Below are positions 18,367-26,723 of a stretch of 32,000 nt of DNA, one piece after another; position 1 is the first letter of the stretch; each line of letters opens with the position of its first letter. The DNA comes from Crocosphaera subtropica ATCC 51142 (GTDB lineage: Bacteria; Cyanobacteriota; Cyanobacteriia; Cyanobacteriales; Microcystaceae), in the NCBI RefSeq assembly GCF_000017845.1, contig NC_010546.1, forward strand, positions 3,690,001-3,722,000, written 5' to 3'. The notes under the pieces were generated by a model that saw only the letters and a program-made list of their open reading frames with translations, was not told where the DNA came from and searched no databases. Position numbers and translations under genes: made by a program.

Positions 18367-18595
18367 ACCGAAAATAAAGTATAAATTAATAATAATAATG
18401 TTCAAGAATTGGTCACTTTAGTTCAATCCCTTAAACCCGCTTGTATTGATACCACTCCTAAAATTTGTCCAAGCGATCGCCTCGAATAGATATCACTTAA
18501 GTAGGGAACTGGGAGACTGGTAGCAGAGAGAGTAAGCAGAAAGGATTGATCTATTTCCTACTCGTCACCCCCAACCTACCGTAGTTATGTCTTGA

Positions 18596-18614
18596 ATTAA
18601 TGACAATAATTCTC
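18596..18614 (+). promoter_or_regulatory. Fur-box-like AT-rich element (weak)
   Basis: ATTAATGACAATAATTCTC matches the classical 19-bp Fur box GATAATGATAATCATTATC at 14/19 positions by my hand alignment. It lies just upstream of the -35 element. Confidence 0.2.
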
Positions 18615-18621
18615 ATCACTG

Positions 18622-18650
18622 TTGACAAATATTTTTAATAAGCCTATGAT
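18622..18650 (+). promoter_or_regulatory. near-consensus sigma70-type promoter
   Basis: TTGACA (18622-18627), a 17-nt spacer, then TATGAT (18645-18650). Confidence 0.6.
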
Positions 18651-18656
18651 GAAATC

Positions 18657-18737
18657 AATAAGTGTTCTCCTCTCAAGGATGGATCGGCAGGTGGAATCGT
18701 TCAGCAACACAGAGACGGTTCCCCTATTTTTTTATTT
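18657..18737 (+). ncRNA. candidate small RNA (about 77 nt) or attenuated leader
   Basis: The predicted TSS is 7 nt after the -10 element. The single-stranded-looking stretch UUCUCCUCUCAAGGA is complementary to SD sequences. Terminator hairpin GGAAUCGU...ACGGUUCC (18693-18722) is followed by CCUAUUUUUUUAUUU. Confidence 0.45.
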
Positions 18738-19089
18738 AAAATTTTTATTGAGAAAGACTCACAATGAATAGAGATCAGCGAGTAGGGATCGCACAATCAC
18801 AGGTTTTAACGGTTAAACGCACTAGGGTCGGTACCTCTAGCGTCTTCCCATCCCTGAAGCTTAACTTATGATGACAAGGGAAAAGATACAGGTATGGGCT
18901 AGTAAATTATGATTGAATTAAGAAATCCCTAGTCAATCCTTCCTGAGAAACGTTAACATAAGTTAACAAGTGTTTTTCTCCGAGAAACCTTACCTGTATC
19001 GTCAGGCGTTATTATCTGGTTAGATCATTAACCTTGATATATTTAACTTAACCCTATCTTGACCTTTAGTTTAAGACGAGGCCGACAGC

Positions 19090-20943
19090 GTGAACAAAAA
19101 TAACAAAAAATGGCGTAATGCTGGACTATACGCACTCTTATTGATTGTTGTATTAGCTTTAGCATCAGCCTTTCTAGATAACAACAACACTCAAAGTCGG
19201 GAAAATTTAACCTATAGCGAGTTTATTGAGCGTGTAGAGAGTAACAAAGTTGATCGAGTCACTTTAAGCTCCGATCGCACTCAAGCTAAAGTGCCTAACC
19301 CTGAAGGTGGCGCGCCGTTACTGGTTAATTTACCCAACGACCCCGATTTAATCAATATCTTGTCTCAAAACGGCGTTGATATTGCAGTTCAACCCCAAAA
19401 TGACGAAGGAATTTGGTTCCGAGTCCTTAGTAGTTTAGCCCTGCCAATTCTTCTATTAGTCGGGTTATTCTTCTTGCTGCGACGGGCCCAAAGTGGACCC
19501 GGTTCCCAAGCCATGAACTTTGGTAAATCTAAGGCCAGAGTACAAATGGAACCCCAAACCCAAGTCACTTTTGGAGATGTGGCTGGCATCGAACAAGCCA
19601 AACTAGAACTAACTGAGGTGGTCGACTTCCTCAAAAACGCCGATCGCTTTACTGCCATCGGTGCCAAAATTCCCAAAGGGGTGCTATTAGTTGGCCCTCC
19701 TGGAACGGGTAAAACCCTATTAGCTCGTGCCGTTGCCGGAGAAGCGGGTGTTCCCTTCTTCAGCATTTCTGGTTCTGAGTTCGTCGAAATGTTCGTCGGT
19801 GTGGGTGCGTCCCGTGTCCGTGACCTGTTTGAACAGGCCAAAACTAACGCCCCTTGTATTGTCTTTATCGATGAGATCGATGCAGTAGGCCGTCAACGGG
19901 GTGCCGGTTTAGGCGGTGGTAACGACGAACGGGAACAAACCCTGAACCAACTTTTAACCGAAATGGATGGGTTTGAAGGTAATACCGGTATCATTATCAT
20001 TGCTGCGACTAACCGTCCCGATGTCTTAGACGCTGCCTTATTGCGTCCTGGCCGTTTTGACCGTCAAGTTGTGGTTGATCGCCCCGACTATGCTGGCCGT
20101 CAAGAAATTCTCAAAGTTCATGCCCGTGGGAAGACCCTATCTAAAGACGTGGATCTCGATAAAATTGCCCGTCGGACTCCTGGGTTTACCGGTGCTGACC
20201 TCTCTAACTTGTTAAACGAGGCTGCTATTTTAGCTGCTCGTCGTAATTTAACAGAGATTTCTATGGATGAGGTTAACGATGCCATTGATCGTGTTTTAGC
20301 CGGTCCTGAGAAGAAAAATCGGGTTATGAGTGAGAAGCGTAAGACTTTAGTGGCTTATCACGAAGCTGGCCACGCTTTAGTGGGTGCGTTGATGCCTGAC
20401 TACGATCCCGTGCAGAAAATCAGCATTATTCCCCGTGGTCGTGCCGGTGGTTTAACCTGGTTTACCCCTAGTGAAGACCGTATGGAGTCTGGGCTATATT
20501 CTCGCTCTTACCTCCAAAATCAAATGGCGGTCGCTTTGGGTGGTCGTGTGGCCGAAGAAATCATCTTCGGTGAGGAAGAAGTGACCACCGGTGCCTCTAA
20601 TGACTTACAACAGGTGGCCAGAGTTGCCCGTCAAATGGTAACACGGTTCGGAATGAGCGATCGCTTAGGACCTGTGGCTTTAGGACGGCAAAATGGAAAT
20701 GTCTTTTTAGGTCGGGATATTGCCTCTGATCGGGACTTTTCTAATGAAACCGCTTCTACTATTGATGAAGAGGTTCGTCAACTGGTTGATACTGCTTACA
20801 AACGAGCTAAAGATGTTTTAGAAAGTAACCGTCACATCTTAGATCGCTTAGCGGATATGTTAGTAGAAAAAGAAACCGTTGACTCTGATGAACTGCAAGA
20901 AATCTTAAGCACCAATGAGGTTAAAATGGCTACTTTAGTCTAA
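19090..20943 (+). CDS. ftsH: ATP-dependent zinc metalloprotease FtsH (by memory closest to the FtsH3/slr1604 type)
   Basis: GTG start 8 nt after GAGG. Walker A GPPGTGKT, Walker [13 protein letters not shown] region, zinc motif HEAGHA. 617 aa. Confidence 0.95.
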   Translation: MNKNNKKWRNAGLYALLLIVVLALASAFLDNNNTQSRENLTYSEFIERVESNKVDRVTLSSDRTQAKVPNPEGGAPLLVNLPNDPDLINILSQNGVDIAVQPQNDEGIWFRVLSSLALPILLLVGLFFLLRRAQSGPGSQAMNFGKSKARVQMEPQTQVTFGDVAGIEQAKLELTEVVDFLKNADRFTAIGAKIPKGVLLVGPPGTGKTLLARAVAGEAGVPFFSISGSEFVEMFVGVGASRVRDLFEQAKTNAPCIVFIDEIDAVGRQRGAGLGGGNDEREQTLNQLLTEMDGFEGNTGIIIIAATNRPDVLDAALLRPGRFDRQVVVDRPDYAGRQEILKVHARGKTLSKDVDLDKIARRTPGFTGADLSNLLNEAAILAARRNLTEISMDEVNDAIDRVLAGPEKKNRVMSEKRKTLVAYHEAGHALVGALMPDYDPVQKISIIPRGRAGGLTWFTPSEDRMESGLYSRSYLQNQMAVALGGRVAEEIIFGEEEVTTGASNDLQQVARVARQMVTRFGMSDRLGPVALGRQNGNVFLGRDIASDRDFSNETASTIDEEVRQLVDTAYKRAKDVLESNRHILDRLADMLVEKETVDSDELQEILSTNEVKMATLV

Positions 20944-20968
20944 GGTTTTAACTTTATTTAACTCTTTG

Positions 20969-20998
20969 AGCAGCACTATTTTTGGTGCTGCTTTTTTT
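20969..20998 (+). terminator. intrinsic terminator of ftsH
   Basis: AGCAGCAC-tatttttg-GTGCTGCT followed by TTTTTT. Confidence 0.85.
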
Positions 20999-21268
20999 AA
21001 TAATAAGTCCCGTCGTTGTTCCCTGTTCCCCGTTCAATACTATTCGGTTAAGCGCAAAACCTTAGTTGAACCTGAGTTCGATATAAGGAAACTTGTAGAC
21101 AACTTACTCAAACCAGCAATCTCAAACCCTCATTGTCTCATTTAAAAAATGAAAACTCCGAACTCCGAACTCACGTTAGTTGAGACTGCAAGGGAGTGGG
21201 AGTAGGTCGCACCTCTCGATGCTTTTCTGCTTGCCTTAATTACCTATTTAATTTAAGTCGAAAAACAA

Positions 21269-21550
21269 TTAAGTCCAATCTTGGACTTCTTCACCTGAAG
21301 CACGTTTATACACTTTTCCCTTTTCATGAAGTTGACGGGTTTTTTCAAATAAGTCTGCTTCGGTTAATTGCCATTGTTCTAAAATTAAATCTAAATCTTG
21401 GCTTAATTGTCGGGCCCCAGGAAAATTACTATAACGAATACGAAGTCTAGCCAATTCTGCTAAACTGTGATCATCTGGATCAGCCATTAATAACTCATTG
21501 ACAATCAGGCGATCGCGTTGTTCTTGGGGATGTTTTTGATCTTGAACCAT
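21269..21550 (-). CDS. conserved small soluble protein (possibly DUF3288-like, recalled from memory)
   Basis: 93-aa ORF starting 4 nt after the stop of the upstream WD40 gene. Coding-like composition. Confidence 0.6.
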   Translation of the reverse strand: MVQDQKHPQEQRDRLIVNELLMADPDDHSLAELARLRIRYSNFPGARQLSQDLDLILEQWQLTEADLFEKTRQLHEKGKVYKRASGEEVQDWT

Positions 21551-21554
21551 TAAT

Positions 21555-22643
21555 CTATCTAGAAAACCTGGGCAAATTTAAGGATTGGTAAAAGGCAGGA
21601 GAAATTTCCCAAAGATTAACCACTTTATCAAACCCACCAGAGGCTAAATATTGTCCATCGGGACTAAAAGCAACTACATTGACCCAATCTGCGTGATCTT
21701 TAAAATGTCGTAATAACCGTCCTGTTTCCACATTCCACAGTCTTACCCCATCAAGACTGGCACTGGCTAACAATTTACCATTAGGACTCAGAGCAATGGA
21801 CTGAATTTTTCCCTTATGACCTCTCCAAGTATCTAATAAATTACCACTTGCAAGATCCCAAATTTTAATAGTGCTATCATGACTAGCAGTAATCAGGGTT
21901 TTTTGATCAGGGGTAATGGCTAAACCAGAAATGGTTTGAGAATGGGCTGTAAATTTCGAGACAACAGTTTTATCTCTTAAATTCCAAAAGCTTACCGTTC
22001 CTTCATCATCCCCACTGGCCACCAAAAATCCATTGGGGTGCATAGCCAAAGCATAACCTGGGGTACCAAAATCTTCGAGTTGATAAAGAAAATGAGGGGG
22101 ATCTAATGTCCATACTCGAAGACCATCTAAGGCCCCTGTAATCACCAATTGACTGTCAGGGGTAACTACTAAATCTAAAACATAGCTGTAGTGGTCAAAA
22201 AAACTAACTTTACTATCTTTATCAGGCCAAACCCAGAAATGAAGATCCGCATCTTCTCCACTACTCACTAGGGTTTTACCATTAGGGGAAACTGCTAGGG
22301 TTAAAATTGCTGAACTCTGGGCCCGTAGGGTATCAACTTCATCCCCATGTTCGATCGACCAAAATTTCAAGAAAGGTTCATTAGTTCCCCCACCACTGAT
22401 GACAGTTTTCCCATCAGGACTAAAAGCCAACGACCGAATGGGAGTGGTATGACCGGCAAAACGCTGTTTTAAGCGGATACCTAAGTTAACAGACTCAATT
22501 TCCTGCTCAGATAAAGCCTCTCGTTGTTGACGAATTAACTGACCTTGGCTAGGAAGCATCCACCCCTGACCGAAAAGAACTAAACCGGTTAAAATTAGTC
22601 CGAAGGGTGTGACTCGTCGTTTGGGTCTGTGCTGATACTTCAT
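21555..22643 (-). CDS. membrane-anchored or exported WD40-repeat beta-propeller protein
   Basis: Start set at Met30 of the track ORF (MKYQHRPKRRVTPFGLILTGLVLFGQGWML is a basic n-region plus a hydrophobic helix). It is followed by about 7 WD40 units (GHTTPIRSLAFSPDGKTVISGG ... FSPDGQYLASGGFDKVVNLW). Confidence 0.8.
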   Translation of the reverse strand: MKYQHRPKRRVTPFGLILTGLVLFGQGWMLPSQGQLIRQQREALSEQEIESVNLGIRLKQRFAGHTTPIRSLAFSPDGKTVISGGGTNEPFLKFWSIEHGDEVDTLRAQSSAILTLAVSPNGKTLVSSGEDADLHFWVWPDKDSKVSFFDHYSYVLDLVVTPDSQLVITGALDGLRVWTLDPPHFLYQLEDFGTPGYALAMHPNGFLVASGDDEGTVSFWNLRDKTVVSKFTAHSQTISGLAITPDQKTLITASHDSTIKIWDLASGNLLDTWRGHKGKIQSIALSPNGKLLASASLDGVRLWNVETGRLLRHFKDHADWVNVVAFSPDGQYLASGGFDKVVNLWEISPAFYQSLNLPRFSR

Positions 22644-22710
22644 CGTACAATAGGGGGTGTTTGGCTTGAATTTTTTTATGCCTATTGTATCTACTTTGAG
22701 AACTTTTTGC

Positions 22711-22998
22711 TTAACGACGGGATTTATCATGAGTCAACAATGGCAATGGCATAGCCGAAGAACTCGGAGGAAGATAGCGTCTAGGTTTATCCTCTGTGGC
22801 AATGGGTTGGGCTTTTTGTACTTGCCACCAGCGTAAAAGAACCGAGAGAGAGACAATAAATAAGCCAAAGGAAAATAATGACCACCGCTGACCGACCCCT
22901 CCCATCACGGCATCGACTGCCCCAACCACGAGAATAAAACTAGAAATCGGTTCCTTGCGGTAAAGGGTTCTAAGAAAACGAGGTAATAAAACGTTCAT
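22711..22998 (-). CDS. small two-TM membrane protein
   Basis: 95 aa with two hydrophobic helices (ISSFILVVGAVDAVMGGV; LFSFGLFIVSLSVLL). It is the first gene of the same-strand cluster. Confidence 0.55.
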   Translation of the reverse strand: MNVLLPRFLRTLYRKEPISSFILVVGAVDAVMGGVGQRWSLFSFGLFIVSLSVLLRWWQVQKAQPIATEDKPRRYLPPSSSAMPLPLLTHDKSRR

Positions 22999-23253
22999 GG
23001 TAATTGTATCTATAGAATATCCAATCTAATTTCAGCTTATCTTACTTGCTACAAAATAGACTGTAGAAATTTCGGAGATTAGATTAATTTTTACGGTACT
23101 TTACTGAGTTAAGTCTCCGTATCTTATCGAATCTTTATATAAAAAGTAAAGAATAAACTGAGGATGAGGGGGTGAGGGAGTTGGGATTGAAGCCTCCCTT
23201 ACCACAGTTTTCTTTTAAGACGTTTGAAACCTCAAAAGTATCATAACTTCCTT

Positions 23254-23430
23254 TTACTGTAGGCCTAACCAGGACAATAAACCTTGGCCTGTTAAGTATT
23301 CAATCACTAAGATTAATAAAAAGCCAACCATAGCAGCACGGCCATTCAACCGTTCGGCGTAGTCATTAAAGCCAAATTTAGGCTCTTCGAGGTTGGGGGT
23401 TTCTGTTGGTTGGGTAGAAGGTTCACTCAT
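23254..23430 (-). CDS. hli: high-light-inducible protein (HLIP/Scp, CAB/ELIP/HLIP family; 58 aa; not in the ORF track)
   Basis: Manual translation gives MSEPSTQPTETPNLEEPKFGFNDYAERLNGRAAMVGFLLILVIEYLTGQGLLSWLGLQ*. It contains the chlorophyll-binding ExxNGRxAMxGF motif in a single TM helix. Confidence 0.9.
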   Translation of the reverse strand: MSEPSTQPTETPNLEEPKFGFNDYAERLNGRAAMVGFLLILVIEYLTGQGLLSWLGLQ

Positions 23431-23454
23431 AGATTTTATGCTTAGTGCTTTATA

Positions 23455-23472
23455 TTTACATTTCTTTACTTT
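23455..23472 (+). promoter_or_regulatory. HLR1-like direct repeat (RpaB-box-like) upstream of hli
   Basis: TTTACATT-tc-TTTACTTT compared with the HLR1 consensus (G/T)TTACA(T/A)(T/A)-NN-(G/T)TTACA(T/A)(T/A) has one mismatch. It lies 25-42 nt upstream of the hli ATG but is written on the opposite strand. Confidence 0.4.
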
Positions 23473-23487
23473 ACCAATTTAACGCAA

Positions 23488-23519
23488 AGGGGAGAAATTG
23501 TTACCCACTTTTCTCCCCT
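23488..23519 (-). terminator. hairpin downstream of the BI-1 gene (possible terminator, weak U-tract)
   Basis: AGGGGAGAAA (23488-23497) pairs with TTTCTCCCCT (23510-23519), a 10-bp stem. On the minus strand it is followed by TTTGCGTT. Confidence 0.45.
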
Positions 23520-23547
23520 GTTTCCTTAACTCTCAATGAATACCCTT

Positions 23548-24276
23548 TTAGTCACGGCTATTAATGGCAATGAGCAAGCGTAAGATGAAAATAAACAGAT
23601 TGATGTAGGTTAAATACATCGAAAGGGCAGCAGGAAGATATTGTTCATCTCGATAAGTACGAGGAAGAATATAAAAATCAACCACGGCAGCGCCGACAAA
23701 TAACAAAACCCCTAGACCAGAAATAGCGATTTCTAACCAAGTAGGAGTATAAACCCCGAATAAGGCAAAAATGAATTGACCAAACACCACCACTAATAGG
23801 GCAATGATCCCTAAACCAATGGTTTTGGTTAAAGCCATCCCATCTTCATCCGATAGATTAGAACCGACGCTACGGGCAAAAACGAACGTGATCCCACAAC
23901 CTAAAGCAGCGATCGCAATTCCTTGAATCCCTACTCCTTTGGTTCCTAAAGCGACATAGACTAAACCACTCAGGGTGTATCCTGATAAGAGGCTATACAA
24001 AGCCAATAAGGGTAAAGCAGTGGTATTGTTGCCTTTTTCAGCGATATTGCGAGCCACAAAAAACAGTGCTAATTCTAAAACGATAGCCACAAAGAAAGTC
24101 GGGAAAAAAAGATTAGGGAAGGATTGAATCACCCCTAACCCTCCGTAGGTTCCTACTGCCGTTAATACTAAGCCACCCCCTACAAAGGGTAAGGCATTGG
24201 CAATGACATTAGGACCAATCAGGGATTGACCTTTGGCTTCCCGAATGGCATTACGAAAATTACTGGTATTACTCAT
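23548..24276 (-). CDS. Bax-inhibitor-1/YccA-family membrane protein
   Basis: 242 aa with about 7 TM helices and a charged C-terminal tail. The overall pattern is typical of BI-1/YccA proteins. Confidence 0.7.
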   Translation of the reverse strand: MSNTSNFRNAIREAKGQSLIGPNVIANALPFVGGGLVLTAVGTYGGLGVIQSFPNLFFPTFFVAIVLELALFFVARNIAEKGNNTTALPLLALYSLLSGYTLSGLVYVALGTKGVGIQGIAIAALGCGITFVFARSVGSNLSDEDGMALTKTIGLGIIALLVVVFGQFIFALFGVYTPTWLEIAISGLGVLLFVGAAVVDFYILPRTYRDEQYLPAALSMYLTYINLFIFILRLLIAINSRD

Positions 24277-24939
24277 ATAATCTCTCTCTACTAATTCAAA
24301 AGATAATTTGAAGAACTACTTACGTTTTATAGCTGAAAATTGAAGGAATTGGCTAGTAAAGAATACCGAATACTCAGAGGGTGGTGTATTCACAGTTACA
24401 GGGAGATGTTTAGGCTCACATCTTGTACCTTCGCTCAAACGAAGCTCCTTTAGGGAGGGAACAGCGAGTGTTTAATTTGCCGTCGTACGGCAAATGAAAG
24501 AAACACTCAAGACAGGGAACAGAGTTTATTTTGACGGTAACTCCTTAAGAATTGATTTTCTGTCCTTGGTTATCGAGTTTTTCTGTATTGGTGCAGGATA
24601 TCAGTAGGGAAACATCTCTCAAAGCGCAGTCTCCTACATGACTGTGTGTAGCCAAAATTAATAGTTAGTAAAGTACCGAAGGGTCAATTTGCGTATTTAT
24701 CCAGAGGAATTTCTAGGGAGTGCCAGAGATTTCCGTGGAATGCCGATAGTAGGGAATTTCTCTGAGAAGGACAATAAGACAATATAGACAAGATTCCCTA
24801 GTTGGATTTCAAACCTAAAACAGTTATTCACAGATTTCTCATGAATAGAAACTGGTAAAACTCTTGTATCGGTATGCAATCAGCACTGACCTCCTTCCTT
24901 ATTATTTTGCCATTTAAGAACCATTTTGGATGTAAAACT

Positions 24940-25722
24940 ATGACCCACTATAATCAATCAACTAAGAAAAAATATATAGATAGCATGGAGCTTTTAAGTG
25001 CTTATGCTCGTAATCCTTCTTTGGAATTACGCAATCAATTAGTAGAACGTAATTTAGGGTTAGTGCGTCAAGTGGCTCATCGGATTAGTCGGCAATGTTC
25101 AGAACCCTACGAAGATTTAGAACAAATTGGTTATTTAGGGTTGATTCGTGCCATTGAACGCTTTGATCCTCAGCAGGGTTGCGCTTTTAGTTCCTTTGCT
25201 ATCCCCTATATTCGGGGAGAAATGCTTCATTATCTTCGTGATAAAGGGAGTGTCATGAGAATTCCTAGACGTTGGCAAGAACTATACAATAAAGCGAAAA
25301 AAATACGCAAACAATTAACCGTTAGTCTCAAACGCCCCCCTAGTGATTGGGAAATTGCTGATGCTTTAGGGGTTCCCTTAGAGGAGTGGAATGAGTGTCA
25401 ACTGGCTTTGCAAAACCGTCTTTTAGTGAGTTTAGATGCAACCATTAGTCATAATGTGGATTGTTCCATTAGTTTTGGAGATACTTTACCGGATCAAGAG
25501 TATCAAGCAAAACAAAAATTAGAAGAAGATCGTCTGCAATTACAACGGGCACTAGGTCAACTGGAAGAAAAAACCAAGGCGGCTATTGAATGTGTCTTTT
25601 TACATGAACTTCCTCGCAAGGAAGCAGCTAAACAAATCGGTATTAGTCCCATGACAGTCACACGCCATCTCAAAAAAGGGATTCAACAGTTGGGATCGCT
25701 GTTAGAACCCCAAGTGGCTTAA
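24940..25722 (+). CDS. sigF: group-3 (SigF/SigB-type) RNA polymerase sigma factor
   Basis: Region 2 (LVERNLGLVRQVAHRI...DLEQIGYLGLIRAIERFDP..G.AFSSFAIPYIRGEMLHYLRD), region 3, and the region 4 HTH (LPRKEAAKQIGISPMTVTRHLKKG). Start moved to ATG 24940 (MTHYNQ...). Confidence 0.8.
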   Translation: MTHYNQSTKKKYIDSMELLSAYARNPSLELRNQLVERNLGLVRQVAHRISRQCSEPYEDLEQIGYLGLIRAIERFDPQQGCAFSSFAIPYIRGEMLHYLRDKGSVMRIPRRWQELYNKAKKIRKQLTVSLKRPPSDWEIADALGVPLEEWNECQLALQNRLLVSLDATISHNVDCSISFGDTLPDQEYQAKQKLEEDRLQLQRALGQLEEKTKAAIECVFLHELPRKEAAKQIGISPMTVTRHLKKGIQQLGSLLEPQVA

Positions 25723-26723
25723 GCTATAGTCAGGACTATTTTCCCAGTGTTTGACCCTGTTTCTAAGGCTTGGTGAGCAGCAACCACTTCTTCTAAGGGG
25801 AAAGTTTGACTTAGATGTAAGGTCAATTTTCCCTCATCAATGAACGTGGCACATTGTTCAAGAATAGACGTTTGATGGCTTTGACCCTCTTTTAATTCCA
25901 TCAAAGCTGGAGTTAACATTAATTCTAAGCTCAATCGTAAGTTGCGAGTACGAGCAACTTTTAAGTTACCGATAGTTGGGTCGGGTTGTAAAATCGTCAC
26001 AAGATCTCCATACACTTTAACCGCATCACAGGTATGGAAAAAGGTCTGGCCGCCAACGGTATCAAAGGCTACGTCTACTCCTTGTCCATCGGTCCAACTC
26101 AAAACAGACTCTACAAAATCCGTTTGTTTGTACAAAATGGGTTCATCCGCACCCAATTGACGCACTAATCTGGCTTTATCCGTTGACCCAACCGTAGTGC
26201 AAACTTTAGCCCCTTTCAGTTTAGCTAATTGAATAGCCACATGACCAACACCCCCAGCACCCCCATGAATTAGCACAGTTTGTCCTGGGCTTAATCTCGC
26301 TCGATCATACAGTGCTTCCCAAGCAGTAATCAGCACTAACGGGGCGGCCGCTGCCTCTGGGAAGGATAAGGTGGTCGGTTTTAGGGCCACTCGATGTTCT
26401 TCGACTACTGCATACTCAGCATAATTACCAGTTCGGGTTTTACCGAGTCCACCCGCACAAAAATAGACCTCATCCCCTCGTTGAAACCTGGTTACTTCTG
26501 AGCCGATCGCTTCAACGATACCAGCCCCGTCACAGCCCAAAACGGCGGGCATTTCTTCAGGATAAAAGGTTCCCCGTTGTCGTAGTTTAGTATCAATGGG
26601 GTTAATACCGGCTGCTTTGAGCTTAATAAGAAGGGCTGTGGGACTTTCAAGGGTGGGTTGAGGAATTTCTGTCAAGGTTAAAACATCAGGGTCGCCTGAT
26701 GCTGTCATCAGAATCGCTTTCAT
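25719..26723 (-). CDS. zinc-type alcohol dehydrogenase-like NADPH:quinone oxidoreductase (MDR family)
   Basis: GINPIDTKLRQG..., GCDGAGIVEAIGSEV, Rossmann motif VLIHGGAGGVGHVAIQLAK. 334 aa. Confidence 0.85.
   Translation of the reverse strand: MKAILMTASGDPDVLTLTEIPQPTLESPTALLIKLKAAGINPIDTKLRQRGTFYPEEMPAVLGCDGAGIVEAIGSEVTRFQRGDEVYFCAGGLGKTRTGNYAEYAVVEEHRVALKPTTLSFPEAAAAPLVLITAWEALYDRARLSPGQTVLIHGGAGGVGHVAIQLAKLKGAKVCTTVGSTDKARLVRQLGADEPILYKQTDFVESVLSWTDGQGVDVAFDTVGGQTFFHTCDAVKVYGDLVTILQPDPTIGNLKVARTRNLRLSLELMLTPALMELKEGQSHQTSILEQCATFIDEGKLTLHLSQTFPLEEVVAAHQALETGSNTGKIVLTIA

Noticed and set aside
18657-18737. Identity of the sRNA candidate as Yfr1, SRP RNA, tmRNA, 6S or RNase P RNA
   Set aside because: It lacks the Yfr1 ACUCCUCACAC motif, the SRP domain IV GGAA/AGCA hairpin symmetry, tmRNA/tRNA-like ends and the RNase P GAGGAAAGUCC motif. 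It is also too short for 6S. Its identity is left open.
18646-18771. 41-codon ORF (MMKSISVLLSRMDRQ...) overlapping the sRNA candidate
   Set aside because: Its ATG lies inside the predicted -10 hexamer. It has no RBS, and it reads straight through the terminator hairpin and U-tract. A non-coding interpretation fits better.
19389-19841. 150-aa minus-strand ORF
   Set aside because: It is antisense to the most conserved AAA+ part of ftsH. Its Pro/Arg/Ser-rich translation is typical of the reverse frame of a GC-richer gene.
21196-21450. 84-aa plus-strand ORF
   Set aside because: It overlaps the conserved 93-aa minus-strand gene, and its composition is not coding-like.
24697-24879. 60-aa minus-strand ORF in the sigF upstream region
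   Set aside because: It has no RBS and no recognisable motif, and it is barely above the length cut-off. I treat the region as non-coding.
25942-26160. 72-aa plus-strand ORF
   Set aside because: It is antisense to, and lies inside, the quinone oxidoreductase gene.
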